DNA of 64,000 bases from Antedon mediterranea (taxonomy: Eukaryota; Animalia; Echinodermata), in the NCBI RefSeq assembly GCF_964355755.1, contig NC_092673.1, positions 27,215,648 to 27,279,647 of the forward strand, in the 5' to 3' direction. This document shows, piece by piece, positions 41,426 to 55,496 of the stretch. Both the position numbers and the translations under genes were made by a program. The notes beneath the pieces were generated by a model. The model did not search any database, was not told the DNA's origin, and was given only the letters and a program-made list of their open reading frames with translations. Positions within the stretch are counted from its first letter, which is position 1. Every line of letters begins with the position of its first letter.

Positions 41426-42582
41426 CTAGATTTGAACTCGTCACTACGGACGAGTTAGGTTATCCGCAGTGCAAAAGCCACGTGCACGTCATACGTTAGA
41501 ATAGTGCGCGCAAAAAAATAAAACGATTATGGCATTGAAAAATGTTAGTGCGCTCTCTATGTTGCGTCGCGTCTAAGTATATACGGTATAACACTATATA
41601 CTGTATACGTACCGTACTACATACAGTGCAGAATAGGTGAAAATAAGTGACCACAGTTATTGACGCATTTGAACATGATGACGTCATCACAATTTTTAAA
41701 GTGGTGGATCATGCGAAAGGTAATTGATTGATCTAGACAATATAAAAAAATTGAGTGAAATGGAATAAAGATAAGTAGAGATGCGCTCTATTAAATTGAC
41801 GAGCTATGACGAAAGAGAAAAAAATCCTATATTTTATATTCGGGTGGCCATACGATGACGTCACAATGTCTGGTTAGCCATATCAATGCATGATTCGAGA
41901 AAAACAACTCATCTACTTCCAGAATCTGAAATTTTAAATATTTTCACCTCGGAGTTTAGAATCTATGACTTTTTAAAAAAAGGCATAATTTTCACAAATT
42001 TTTGAACTTTTTCATCAAAAACGCGCGCAAATTGTTCAATTCTACGTGCTCGTATGACGTGATTTTAAGTCGAAATTGATTGAAAATTGGTAAATGTACT
42101 AGAAAAAGCTGAAAAAACAAAAATCAAGCAAAAAAAAGATGTTTTTGCGCTACGTGCGCACGCGCGCGTAAAAAATATGCGCACGCGTGGGAATTTTTGA
42201 AATGCTCAAAATGACCTGAAACGCGTAGAAAGTTGATTAGAAATGAATTTTTCGCAATTTGAAATTTTAAACGCGCGTGCGCGCGTAACTTTATGTCAAA
42301 CATGCCATTTTTAATCCATAGAAAGTTTGCCCTTGATATGACTTAAATGTTCACCAAGTGTCATTACAAAATGACTTTTGCTTTTTAGTCTATGTTAAAT
42401 ACGCGAAATTCATAAAATCGAGCGTAGCTTACGCTGCGCGATTCTAAAGTAAAAAAACGAGCTGTCCTGCACTTCTACACATAGAGGTAAATCTTCTGAC
42501 AAAGTTATACGATGTAATGTTGATCAGAATTTGAGATACACGTGACACAAAATTTTGGGAAAGAAAGAAGAATAACATAGAA
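41426..42582 (-). mobile_element. E23, subfamily B, interrupted
   Basis: Ends TAACATAGAA|CTAG. Confidence 0.86.
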
Positions 42583-43787
42583 CTAGATTTGAACTCGTCA
42601 CTACGGACGAGTTAGGTTATCCGCAGAGCAAAAGCCACGTGCACGTCATACGTTAGAATATTGCGCAGAGAAAAACATTATGCCATTGAAAAAATGTTAG
42701 TGCGCTCTCTATTTTACGTCACGTCTAAGTATACACAGTATACACTATATATTGTATACGTACTACATACAGTGAAGAATATGTGAAAATAAGTGGCCCA
42801 AGTTATTGACGCTTTTGGACATGATGACGTCATCACAATTTAAAAAATGGTAAATCATGCGAAAGATAATTGATTGACCTAGACAAAATAAAAAAATTGA
42901 GGGAAATGGAATACGGATAAGTGGAGATGCGCTCTATTAAATGTGACGAGCTATGACGAAAGAGACAAAAATCCTATATTTCATATTCGAGTGGCCAAAC
43001 GATGACGTCACAATGTCCGGTTAGCCATATCGATGCATGATTCGATATCTACAACTCATTATCTTCCAGAATATGTAATTTAAAAAAAGTTCTCCTCGTA
43101 GTTTACAATCTATGACTGTTTTAAAAAAGGCATAATTTTGACGAATTTTGGAACTTTTTCTTAAAAAATGCGCGCAAATTGTTTAATTCTACGTGCTCGT
43201 ATGACGTGATTTTAAGTCAAAATTGATTGAAAATTGGTAAATTTACTAGAAAAGGCTGAAAAAACAAAAATCAAGCAAAAAAAAGATGTTTTTGCGTTAC
43301 GTGCGCACGCGCGCGTAAAAAAAATGCGCACGCGTGGGAATTTTTGAAATACTCAAAATGACCTGAAACGCGTAGAAAGTTGATTAGAAATGGATTTTTC
43401 GCAATTTGAAATTTTAAACGCGCGTGCGCGCGTAACTTTATGCCAAACATGCCATTTTTAATCCATAGAAAGTTTGCCCTTGATATGACTTAAATGTTCA
43501 CCAAGTGTCATTACAAAATGACTTTTGCTTTTTAGTATATGTTAAATACGCGAAATTCATAAAATCGCGCGTAGCTTACGCTGCGCGACTCTAAAGTAAA
43601 AAAACGAGCTGTCCTGCACTTCTACAGATAGAGGTAAATCTTCTGACAAAGTTATACGATGTAATGTTGATCAGAATTTGAGATACACGTGACACAAAAT
43701 TTTGGGAAAGAAAGAAGAATAACATAGAAAAAAAAAAAAAAGATCCTGACAATAACAAGAGGTTATCCGCCAAGTGCGGATAACCAA
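42583..43787 (-). mobile_element. E24, subfamily B, complete
   Basis: Both termini; followed by a resumed poly-A (43788-43800). Confidence 0.88.
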
Positions 43788-43800
43788 AAAAAAAAAAAAA

Positions 43801-44947
43801 CTAGATTTGAACTCGTCACTACGGACGAGTTAGGTTATCCGCAGCGCAAAAGCCACGTGCACGTCATACGTTGGAATATTGCGCGCAGAAAAACGATTAT
43901 GCCATTGAAAAAAATGTTAGTGCGCCCTCTATTTTGCGTCACGTCTGAGTATATACGGTATACACTATATACTGTATACGTACTACATACAGTGCAGAAT
44001 AGGTGAAAAGAAGTGATCAAAGTTATTGACGCTTTTGAACATGATGACGTCATAACAATTTTAAAAATGGTAAATCATGCGAAAGATAATTGGTTGACCT
44101 AGACAAAATAAACAAATTGAGGGAAATGGAATACGGATAAGTAGAGATGCGCTCTATTAAATGTGACGAGCTATGACGAAAGAGACAAAAATCCTATATT
44201 TCATATTCGAGTGGCCAAGCGATGACGTCACAATGTCCGGTTAGCCATATCGATGCATGATTCGATATCTACAACTCATTATCTTCCAGAATGTGTAATT
44301 TAAAAAAAATTCTCCTCGTAGTTTACAATCTATGACTGTTTTAAAAAAGGCATAATTTTGAAGAATTTTTGAACTTTTTCTTCAAAAACGCGCGCAAATT
44401 GTTCAATTCTACGTGCTCGTATGACGTGATTTTAAGTCAAAATTGATTGAAAATTGGTAAATTTACTAGAAAAGGCTGAAAAAACAAAAATCAAGCAAAA
44501 AAAAGATGTTTTTGCGCTACGTGCGCACGCGCGCGTAAAAAATATGCGCACGCGTGGGAATTTTTGAAATGCTTAAAATGACCTGAAACGCGTAGAAAGT
44601 TGATTAGAAATGGATTTTTCGCAATTTGAAATTTTAAACGCGCGTGCGCGCGTAACTTTATGTCAAACATGCCATTTTTAATCCATAGAAAGTTTGCCCT
44701 TGATATGACTTAAATGTTCACTAAGTGTCATTACAAAATGACTTTTGCTTTTTAGTCTATGTTAAATACGCGAAATTCATAAAATCGCGCGTAGCTTACG
44801 CTGCGCGACTCTAAAGTAAAAAAACGAGCTGTCCTGCACTTCTACACATAGCGGTAAATCTTCTGACAAAGTTATACGATGTAATGTTGATCAGAATTTG
44901 AGATACACGTGACACAAAATTTTGGGAAAGAAAGAAGAATAACATAG

Positions 44948-44985
<38 letters not shown>

Positions 44986-45029
44986 TCCTGACAATAACAA
45001 GAGGTTATCCGCCAAGAGCGGATAACCAA
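43801..45029 (-). mobile_element. E25, subfamily B, complete; two extra heads follow (45030-45147)
   Basis: Three stacked An-GATCCTGAC...GCGGATAACCAA modules. Confidence 0.87.
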
Positions 45030-45147
45030 AAAAAAAAAAAAAAGATCCTGACAATAACAAGAGGTTATCCGCCAAGTGCGGATAACCAAAAAAAAAAAAA
45101 AGATCCTGACAATAACAAGGGGTTATCCGCCAAGTGCGGATAACCAA

Positions 45148-46299
45148 CTAGATTTGAACTCGTCACTACGGACGAGTTAGGTTATCCGCAGCGCAAAAGC
45201 CACGTGCACGTCATACGTTAGAATATTGAGCGCAAAAAAAAAAACGATTATGGCATTGAAAAATGTTAGTGCGCTCTCTATTTTGCGTCGCGTCTAAGTA
45301 TATACGGTATAACACTATATACTGTATACGTACTACATACAGTGCAGAATAGGTGAAAATAAGTGACCAAAGTTATTGACGCATTTGAACATGATGACGT
45401 CATCACAATTTTTAAAATGGTGGATCATGTGAAAGATAATTGATTGATCTAGACAATATAAAAAAATTGAGTGAAATGGAATAAGGATAAGTAGAGATGC
45501 GCTCTATTTAAATTGACGAGCTATGACGAAAGAGAAAAAAATCCTATATTTTATATTCGGGTGGCCATACGATGACGTCACAATGTCCGGTTAGCCATAT
45601 CAATGCATGATTCGAGAAAAACAACTCATCTACTTCCAGAATATGTAATTTTAAAAAAGTTCACCACGTAGTTTAGAATTTATGACTGTTTAAAAAAAGG
45701 TCTAATTTTGACGATTTTTTGAAGTTTTTCATCAAAAATGCGCGCAAATTGTTCAATTCTACGTGCTCGTATGACGTGATATTAAGTCGAAATTGTATAA
45801 AAATTGGTAAAATTACTAGAAAAGGCTGAAAAAACAAAAATCAAGCAAAAAAAGGATGTTTTTGCGCTAAGTGCGCACGTGCGCGTAAAAAAATTGCGCA
45901 CGCGTGGGAATTTTTGAAATGCTCAAAATGACATGAAACGCGTAGAAAGTTGATTAGAAATTGATTTTTCGCATTTTGAAATTTTAAACGCGCGTGCACG
46001 CGTAACTTTTTGTAAAACATGCCATTTTTAATCCATAGAAAGTTTGCGCTTGATATGACTTAAATTTTCACAAAGTTTCAATACAAAATGACTTTTGATT
46101 TTTAATCTATGATCAATCATTGAAATTCATAAAATCGCGCGTAACTTACGCTGCGCGACTCTAAAGTTAAAAAACGAAACGTCCTGCACATCTACATCTA
46201 GAGGTCAATCTTATGACAAAGTTACATAATCTTATATTGGCCAGAATTAGAGATACGCTGCGAACAAAATTCCGGGAAAGAAAGAAGAATAAGATAGAA
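45148..46299 (-). mobile_element. E26, subfamily B, interrupted
   Basis: Ends TAAGATAGAA|CTAG. Confidence 0.86.
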
Positions 46300-47518
46300 C
46301 TAGATTTGAACTCGTCACTACGGACGAGTTAGGTTATCCGCAGCGCAAAAGCCACGTGCATGACACATAGGTTAGAATATTGCGCGCAGAAAAACGATTA
46401 TGCCATTGAAAAAATGTTAGTGCGCTCTCTATTTTGTTTCACCTCTAAGTATATACGTATAACACTATGTACTGTATACGTACTACATACAATGCAGAAT
46501 AGGTGAAAATAAGTGACCAAAGTTATTGACGCTTTTGAACATGATGACGTCATCACAATTTTTAAAATGAGGAATCATGCGAAAGATAATTGATCGACCT
46601 AGACAATATATAAAAATGGAGGGAAATGAAATACGGATAAGTGGAGATGCGCTCTATTAAATGTGATGAGCTATGACGAAAGAGACAAAAATCCTATATT
46701 TGATATTCGAGTGGCCATACGATGACGTCACAATGTCCGGTTAGCCAAATCGATGCATGATTCTATATCTACAACTCATCTACTTTCAGAATTTGTAATT
46801 TTAAAAACGTTCACCACGTAGTTTACAATCTATGACTGTTTAAAAAAAGGCATAAATTTGACAAATTTTTTAACTTTTTCATCAAAAACGCGCGCAAATT
46901 GTTCAATTCTACGTGCTCATATGACGTGATTTTAAGTCGGAATTGTTTCAAAGTTGGTAAAATTACTAGAAAAAGCTGGAAAAACAAAAATCAAGCAAAA
47001 AAAAGATGTTTTTGCGCTACGTGCGCACGCGCGCATAAAAATATTGCGCACGCTTGGGAATTTTTGAAATGCTCAAAATGACATGAAACGCGTAGAAAAT
47101 TGATTAGAAATAAATTTTGCGCATTTTAAAATTTTGAATGCGCGTGCGCGCGTAACTTTATGTAAAACATGCCATTTTTAATCTATAGAAAGTTTGCGAA
47201 TAATATGACTTAAATTTTCACCAATTTTCAATACAAAATGACTTTTAGTTTTTAATCTATGATCAATCATTGAAATTCATAAAATCACGCGTAACTTACG
47301 CTGCGCAACTCCAAAATTGTCCAAAAGCTTGGCTGCACATCTGCAGCTGTAGGTCAATCTTATGACAAAGTTACACAATATTATGTTAGCCAGAAGATAG
47401 AAATATGCTGCGGACAAAATTCGTGGAAAGAAAGAAGAACATAGAAAAAAAAAAAAAAAAAAAAAAAAAAAAGATCCTGACAATAACAAGGGGTTATCCG
47501 CCAAGTGCGGATAACCAA
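46300..47518 (-). mobile_element. E27, subfamily B, complete; one extra head follows (47519-47589)
   Basis: Two stacked heads. Confidence 0.87.
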
Positions 47519-47589
47519 AAAAAAAAAAAAGAAAAAAAAAAAAGATCCTGACAATAACAAGAGGTTATCCGCCAAGTGCGGATAACCAA

Positions 47590-48723
47590 CTAGATTTGAA
47601 CTCGTCACTACGGACGAGTTAGGTTATCCGCAGCGCGTCATACGTTAGAATATTGCGCGCAGAAAAACGATTATGCCATTGAAAAAATGTTAGTGCGCTC
47701 TCTATTTTGTGTCACGTCTGAGTATATACGGTATACACTATATTCTGTATACGTACTACATACAGTGCAGAATAGGTGAAAATAAGGGACCCAAGTTATT
47801 GACGCTTTTGGACATGATGACGTCATCACAATTTAAAAAATGGTAGATTATGCGAAAGATAATTGATTGGCATAGACAATATAAAAAAATGGGGGGAAAT
47901 GGAATTTGGATAAGTGGAGATGCGCTCTATTAAATGTGATGAGCTATGACGAAAGAGACAAAAATCCTATATTTTATATTTGAGTGGCCATACGATGACG
48001 TCACTATGTCTTGTTAGCCATATCGATGCATGATTCGATATCTACAAATCATCAATTTCCAGAATGTGTAATTTAAAAGAAGTTCACCTCGTAGTTTACA
48101 ATCTATGACTGTTTTAAAAAAGGCATAATTTTGACGAATTTTTCAACTTTTTCTTCAAAAACGCGCGCAAATTGTTGAATTCTACGTGCTCGTATGACGT
48201 GATTTTAAGTCGAAATTGATTGAAAATTGGTAAATTTACTAGAAAAGGCTGAAAAAAACAAAAATCAAGCAAAAAAAAGATGTTTTTGCGCTACGTGCGC
48301 ACGCGCGCGTAAAAAAAATGCGCACGCGTGGGAATTTTTGAAATGCTCAAAATGCCCTGAAACGCGTAGAAAGTTGATTAGAAATGGATATTGCGCAATT
48401 TGAAATTTTAAACGCACGTGCGCGCGTAACTTTATGTCAAACATGCCATTTTTAATCCATAGAAAGTTTGCCCTTGATATGACTTAAATGTTCACCAAGT
48501 GTCATTACAAAATGACTTTTGCTTTTTAGTCTATGTTAAATACGCGAAATTCATAAAATCGCGCGTAGCTTACGCTGCGCGACTCTAAAGTAAAAAAACG
48601 AGCTGTCCTGCACTTCTACACATAGAGGTAAATCTTCTGACAAAGTTATACGATGTAATGTTGATCAGAATTTGAGATACACGTGACACAAAATTTTGGG
48701 AAAGAAAGAAGAATAACATAGAA
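47590..48723 (-). mobile_element. E28, subfamily B, interrupted
   Basis: Small deletion after the tail subTIR; ends TAACATAGAA|CTAG. Confidence 0.86.
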
Positions 48724-49884
48724 CTAGATTTGAACTCGTCACTACGGACGAGTTAGGTTATCCGCAGTCCTAAAGCCACGTGCACGTCATACGTTGGAAT
48801 ATTGCGCGCAGAAAAACGATTATGCCATTGAAAAAATGTGAGTGCGCTCTCTATTTTGTGTCACGTCAACGTGTATACGGTATACACTATATACCGTATA
48901 CGTACTACATACAGTTCAGAATAGGTGAAAATAAGTGACCAAAGTTATTGACGCTTTTGCACATGATGACGTCATAACAATTTTTAAAATGGTGAATCAT
49001 GCGAAAGATAATTGATTGACATAGACAATATAAAGAAATGGAGGGCAATTGAATACGGATAAGTGGAGATGCGCTCTATTAAATGTGATGAGCTATACGA
49101 AAGAGAAAAAAATCCTATATTTTATATTTGAGTGGCCATACGATGACGTCACAATGTCCAGTTAGCTATATTGATACATGATTCGATATCTACAACTCAT
49201 CTACTACCAGAATATGTAATTATAAAAAAGTTTACCACGTAGTTTAGAATCTATGACTGTTTAAAAAAAGGCATAATTTTGACAAATTTTTGGACTTTTT
49301 CATCAAAATTGCGCGCAAATTGTTTAATTCTACGTGCTCGTATGACGAGATTTTAAGGCAAAATTGATTGAAAATTGGTAAATATATTATAAAAGGCAGA
49401 AAAAACGAAAATCAAGCAAAAAAAAGATGTTTTTGCGCTACGTGCGCACGGGCGCGTAAAAAAAGTGCGCACGCGTGGGAATTTTTGAAATGCTCAAAAT
49501 GACATGAAACGCGTAGAAAAAAGATTAGAAATGAATTTTGCGCATTTTGAAATTTTGAACGCGCGTGCGCGCGTAACTTTATGTAAAACATGCCATTTTT
49601 AATCCACAGAAAGTTTGCGCATGATATAACTTAAATTTTCACCAAGTTTCAATAGAAAATGACTTTTTGTTTTTAATCTATGATCAATTATTGAAATTCA
49701 TAAAATTGCGCGTAACTTACGCTGCGCAACTCGAAAATCAAAAAACAAAGTTTCTTGCACATCTACAGATATAGGTCAATCTTATGACAAAGTTATACAA
49801 TCATTTGTTAGCCAGAATTAGAGATATGCTTGCAACAAAATTCGTGGAAAGAAAGAAGAATATAGAAAAAAAAAAAAAAGAAAA
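48724..49884 (-). mobile_element. E29, subfamily B, interrupted in poly-A
   Basis: B tail; no adjacent head. Confidence 0.86.
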
Positions 49885-51038
49885 CTAGATTTGAACTCGT
49901 CACTACGGACGAGTTAGGTTATCCGCAGCGCAAAAGCCACGTGCACGTCGTACGTTAGAATATTGCGCGCAGATAAACGATGATGCCATTGAAACAATTT
50001 CAGTTTTCTCTCTCTTTTGCGTCACGTCTAAGTATATACGGTATACACTATATTATACTCTATACGTACTACATACAGTGCAGAATAGGTGAAAGTAAGT
50101 GACCAAAGTTATTGACGCTTTTGGACATGATGACGTCATCACAATTTTTAAACTAATGAATCATGCGAAAGATAATTGATTGACTTAGACAATATAAAGA
50201 AATGGAGGGCAATGGAATACGGATAAGTGGAGATGCGCTATATTAAATGTGACGAGCTACGAGGAAAGAGACAAAAATCCTATATTTTATTTTCGAGTGG
50301 CCATATGATGACGTCACAATGTCCGGTTAGCCATATTGATGCATGATTTGATATCTGCAACTCATCTACTACCAGAATATGTAATTATAAAAAAGTTCAC
50401 CACGTAGTTTAGAATTTATGACTGTTTAAAAAAAGGCATAATTTTGACTAATTTTTGAACTTTTTCATCAAAAATGCGCGTAAATTGTTTAATTCTACGT
50501 GCTCGTATGACGTGATTTTAAGTCGAAATTGTTTGAAAGTTGGTAAATTTTCTAAAAAAGACAGGAAAAACAAAAATCAAGCAAAAAAATGATGTTTTTG
50601 CGCTACGTGCGCACGTGCACGTAAAAAAATTGCGCACGCGTGGGAATTTTTGAAATGCTCAAAATGACATGAAACGCGTAGAAAGTTGATTAGATATTGA
50701 TTTTTCGCATTTTGAAATTTTAAACGCGCGTGCGCGCGTAACTTTTTGTAAAACATGCCATTTTTAATCCATAGAAAGTTTGCGCATTATATGACTTAAA
50801 TGTTCACCAAGTTTCAATACAAAATGAATTTTAGTTTTTAATCTATGATCAATCATTGAAATTCATAAAATCGCGCGTAACTTACGCTGCGCGACTCAAA
50901 ATTCATAAAAAAAAGTTTCTTGCACATCTACAGCTACAGGGCAATCTTATGACAAAGTTATACAGTCATTTGTTAGCCAGAATTAGAGATATGCTTGCAA
51001 CAAAATTCATGGAAAGAAAGAAGAATATCGAAAAAAAA
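49885..51038 (-). mobile_element. E30, subfamily B, interrupted in poly-A
   Basis: B tail; no adjacent head. Confidence 0.86.
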
Positions 51039-52175
51039 CTAGATTTGAACTCGTCACTACGGACGAGTTAGGTTATCCGCAGTGCAAAGGCCACGCGCAC
51101 GTCATACGTTAAAATATTGCGCGCAGAAAAACGATTAAGTCATTGAAACAATTTCAGTGCGCTCTCTATTTTTCGTCACGTCTGAGTATATACGGTATAC
51201 ACTATATACTGTATACGTACTACATACAGTGCAGAATAGGTGAAAATAAGTGACCAAAGTTATTGACGCTTTTGACCATGATGACGTCATCACAATTTTG
51301 AAAATGGTGAATCGTCCGAAAGATAATTGATAGAGCTAGACAACATATAAAAATGGGGAGAAATGGAATACAAATAAGTGGAGATGCGCTATATTAAATG
51401 TGACGAGCTACGAGGAAAGAGACAAAAATCATTTATTTTATATTCGAGTGGTCATACGATGACGTCACAATGTCCGGTTAGCCATATTGATGCATGATTT
51501 GATATCTGCAACTAATCTACTACCAGAATATGTAATTATAAAAAAGTTCACCACGTAGTTTAGAATCTATGACTGTTTAAAATAAGGCATAATTTTGACA
51601 AATTTTTGAACTTTTTCATCAAAAATGCGCGTAAATTGTTTAATTCTACGTGCTCGTATGACGTGATTTTAAGTCGAAATTGTTTGAAAGTTGGTAAATT
51701 TTCTAAAAAAGACAGGAAAAACAAAAATCAAGCAAAAAAATGATGTTTTTATGCTACGTGCGCACGTGCGCGTAAAAAAATTGCGCACGCATGGGAATTT
51801 TTGAAATGCTCAAAATGACATGAAACGCGTAGAAAGTTGATTAGAAATTGATTTTTCGCATTTTTAAATTTTAAACGCGCGTGCGCGCGTAACTTTCTGT
51901 CAAACATGCCATTTTCTCTCCATAGAAAGTTAGCGCATGATATAAATTAAACTTTTGCCAAGTTTCAATTTAAATGGTTTAATAGTTTTCGATCTAAATT
52001 AAATACGCGAAATTCATAAAATTGCGCGTAACTTACGCTGCGCAACTCAAACAGTACCGAAAACCTTATTACGACATATTCAGATAGAGATCAATCTTCT
52101 GATAAAGTTACAAAATGTTATGTTGAGAAGATTTAGAGATATACGCGCAACAAAATTCTGGGAAAGAAAGAAGAA
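51039..52175 (-). mobile_element. E31, subfamily B, interrupted by E32
   Basis: Ends AAGAAGAA|; resumes TAAGAAAG-An at 53762. Confidence 0.86.
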
Positions 52176-53761
52176 CTAGACATGAAACTCGTCACTTTGA
52201 CGAGTTAGTTATCCGCTCGACAAACGCCACGTGCACGTCATACGTTAGAATATTGCACACAGAAAAATATTAAGGCATTATGACCTGAACTGAAGAATAT
52301 GATATGTTGTTATTTCTGAATTCTGTTATTTTGTGTCATATAGTATACACAGTACAATCTGTATACATATCACAAACAGTGTAAAATAGGTGAAATTACG
52401 GGACCCGTATTTTATTGTAATTTTTAACATCTTGACGGTTTCAAAATGAAATGCAAAAGTAGAAATTTCTGAATGAAATTATCTCAGCAACAACATATTA
52501 ACGTATAGAAGAAATTTTAATACGTGAAATATTGATGCGCGCTCTTTTAAATGTAATGAAATATAATGCAAAAGATGAAAATACGACTTTTTTTATTTAA
52601 CTGGCCATATGATGACGTCACAACATTCGATTGCCACAATTTACACATGATTTTGTATCTACAATAAAATAGCTTCCTGAAAACGTTTTAATCGTGATTA
52701 TCACATTTTATTCTTACGAGGTATAACAGATTAAAATTTAATGTAAAGATAAAATTAATGACCAACGTAATTTAAATTTTTAGGCATGATGACGTTAAAA
52801 AAATTAAAAAAATTTTAATTCATGCAAAAGATAGTTGATTGACCTAGAATATATTAAAATCGGGGTGAAAATAGACAACGAATAAGTGGAGATGCGCTCT
52901 ATTAAATGTGATGAGCTATGACGAAAGAGACAAAAATCCTATATTTTATATTGGCGTGGCCATACGATGACGTCACAATGTCCGGTTAGCCATATTAATG
53001 CATGATCCGATATTTACAACTCATCAACTTCCAGAATATGTAATTAAAAAAAAGTTCTCCATGTAGTTTAGAATCTATGACTGTTTAAAAATAGGCATAA
53101 TTTTGACGAATTTTTGAACTTTTTCACCAAAAACGCGTGCAAATTATCTAATTCGACGTGCTCGTATGACGTAATTTTAAGTCGAAATTGTTTAAAATTT
53201 GGTAACATTACTAGAAAAGGCTGAAAAAACATAAATCACGCGAAAAAAATATGTTTTTAACGCTACGTGTGCACCGCGTGCGTAAAAATTTTCGCGCGCG
53301 TGGGAATTTTTGACATGCTCAAAATGACATGAAACGCATAGAAAGTTGATTAGAAGTTGATCTTTCGTATTCTAAAATTTTAAACGCGCGTGCGCGCGTA
53401 ACTTTTTGTGAAACATGCTATTTTTAATCCATAGAAAGTTTGCGCTTGATATGACTTAAATTTGCACAAAGTGTCAAAACAAAATTATGTTTCGTTTTTA
53501 GTCTATGATCAATCATTGAAATTCATAAAATCGCGCGTAAGTCACGTTGCGCAACTCTGACGTCATTCAAAAATAGGAGGTGCACAAGTTCACGTAAATG
53601 TCGTTATGTTGACAAAGTTACGATATGTTCTGTTTACACGTTTTAGAGAAACGCGACGCACAAAAATGACAGAAGGAAAGAAGAATAATACAGAAAAAAA
53701 AAAAAAATATGATGAAACAGGACGATTACAAGGAGTTATCCGCTACTAAGCGGATAACTAA
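52176..53761 (-). mobile_element. E32, subfamily A, complete, nested inside B elements
   Basis: A tail with A head (…GCGGATAACTAA). Confidence 0.88.
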
Positions 53762-53769
53762 TAAGAAAG

Positions 53770-53803
<34 letters not shown>

Positions 53804-53968
53804 TCCTGACAATAACAAGAGGTTATCCGCCAAGTGCGGATAACCAAAAAAAAAAAAAAAAAGATCCTGACAATAACAAGAGGTTATCCGCCAAGTGCGG
53901 ATAACCAAAAAAAAAAAAAAAAGATCCTGACAATAACAAGGGGTTATCCGCCAAGTGCGGATAACCAA
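53762..53968 (-). repeat. Stack of three displaced B heads (probably E31, E30, E29)
   Basis: Three An-GATCCTGACAATAACAAG(A/G)GGTTATCCGCCAAGTGCGGATAACCAA modules directly after an A-type element. Confidence 0.8.
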
Positions 53969-53972
53969 AAAA

Positions 53973-55496
53973 CTAGACATGTAACTCGTCACTTTGACGA
54001 GTTTGGTTATCCGCCGCGCAAGTGGTGCAACATTAACATTAAGGGGATAGGTTGAGGACAAAAGGAAGTGTTCACGTTGGCATTATGACCTGAACTGAAG
54101 AATATGATATGTTGTTATTGCTGAAATTTATTATTCAAATTCATATATAGTATACACAGTATAATCTGTATCCATATCACATACAGTGTAGAATAGGTGA
54201 AATTACGGGACCCGCTATTTATTGCAATTTTTAACATGTTGACGGTTTTAAAATGAAACGCGAAGTTAGCAATTCCGAAAGGAAATTATCTCAGCAACAA
54301 CGTATTAGCGTGTAGAAGAAATTTGAATACGTAAATATTGATGCGCGCTCTTTTAAATGTAATGAATTATGACGCAAAAGATGAAAATACGACCTTTTTT
54401 ATTTAACTGGCCTTATGATGACGTCACAACATCCGATTGGCAACATTTTTACATAATTTCGTATCTACAATCCAATAGCTTCCAGAAAAAGTTTTAATCG
54501 TGATTATCACATTTTATTCTTACGAGCTATAACAGATTAAAATTTACTGTAAAGATGAAATTAATGCCACACGTGATTTAAATTTTTAGGCATGATGACG
54601 TCAAAAAAATTAAAATATTTTTAACTCATGCGAAAGATAGTTGATTGACCTACACAATATCAAAATCGGGGTGAAAATGGAAAACGGATAAGTGGAGATG
54701 CGCTCTATTCAATGTGATGAGCTATGACGAAAGATACAAAAATCCTAAATTTTATATTCGTGTGGCCATACGATGACGTCACAATGTCCGGTTAGCCATA
54801 TTAATACCTGATCCGATATCTACAACTCATCTACTTCCAGAATATGCCATCCACAAAAAGTTGACCGTCTAGTTTAGAAATTACGACTGTTTAAAAAAAG
54901 GCATATTTTAAACGAATTTTTTAATCTTTTCATAAAAAACGCGCGCAAATTGTCCAATTCGACGTGCTCGTATGACGTATCTTTAAGTCGAAATTGTTTA
55001 AAATTTGGTAAAATTACTAGAAAAGGCTGGAAAAACATAAATCACGCGAAAAAAATACGTTTTCAATGCTACGTGCGCACCGCACACGTAAAAATGTGCG
55101 CACGCGTGGGAATTTTTGACATGCTTAAAACGACATGAAACGCGTAGAAAGTTGATTATAAATTAATTTTGCGCAATTTGAAATTTCAAATGCGCGTGCG
55201 CGCGTAACTTTGTGTAAAACACGCAATTTTTTTTCAACAGAAAGTTAGCGCATGATATAAATTAAACTTTTGCAAAGTTTCAAGTTGAAATGTTATTTGG
55301 TTTTCGAGCTATGTTAAATACGACAAAATCGTTAAATGGCGCGTAAGTCACGTTGCGCAATTGTAAACGTCATGAAAAGCTTCGCTTGACGACGTTACGG
55401 AAATGTCAATATGTTAAGATAGTTACCGGAATGTTATGTTTGCGAGTTTTGGAGAAAAGCGTTACACAAAAATCATACAGAAAGAAAGAAGAAGAA
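53973..55496 (-). mobile_element. E33, subfamily C, headless
   Basis: C tail; ends GAAGAAGAA|CTAG. Confidence 0.85.

Noticed and set aside
44984-45147. Stacks of ~46-bp palindromic direct repeats resembling CRISPR arrays (also 53802-53968, 60652-60824)
   Set aside because: The 'spacers' are only poly-A, there are no cas genes, the context is eukaryotic, and the repeats are displaced element 5' ends.
33116-52175. Simple satellite or rolling-circle concatemer of a 1.15-kb monomer
   Set aside because: Neighbours differ in variant and junction position, heads are displaced and stacked, and an A-type copy is interleaved. A minor contribution of local duplication (E19-E20 vs E23-E24) is not excluded.
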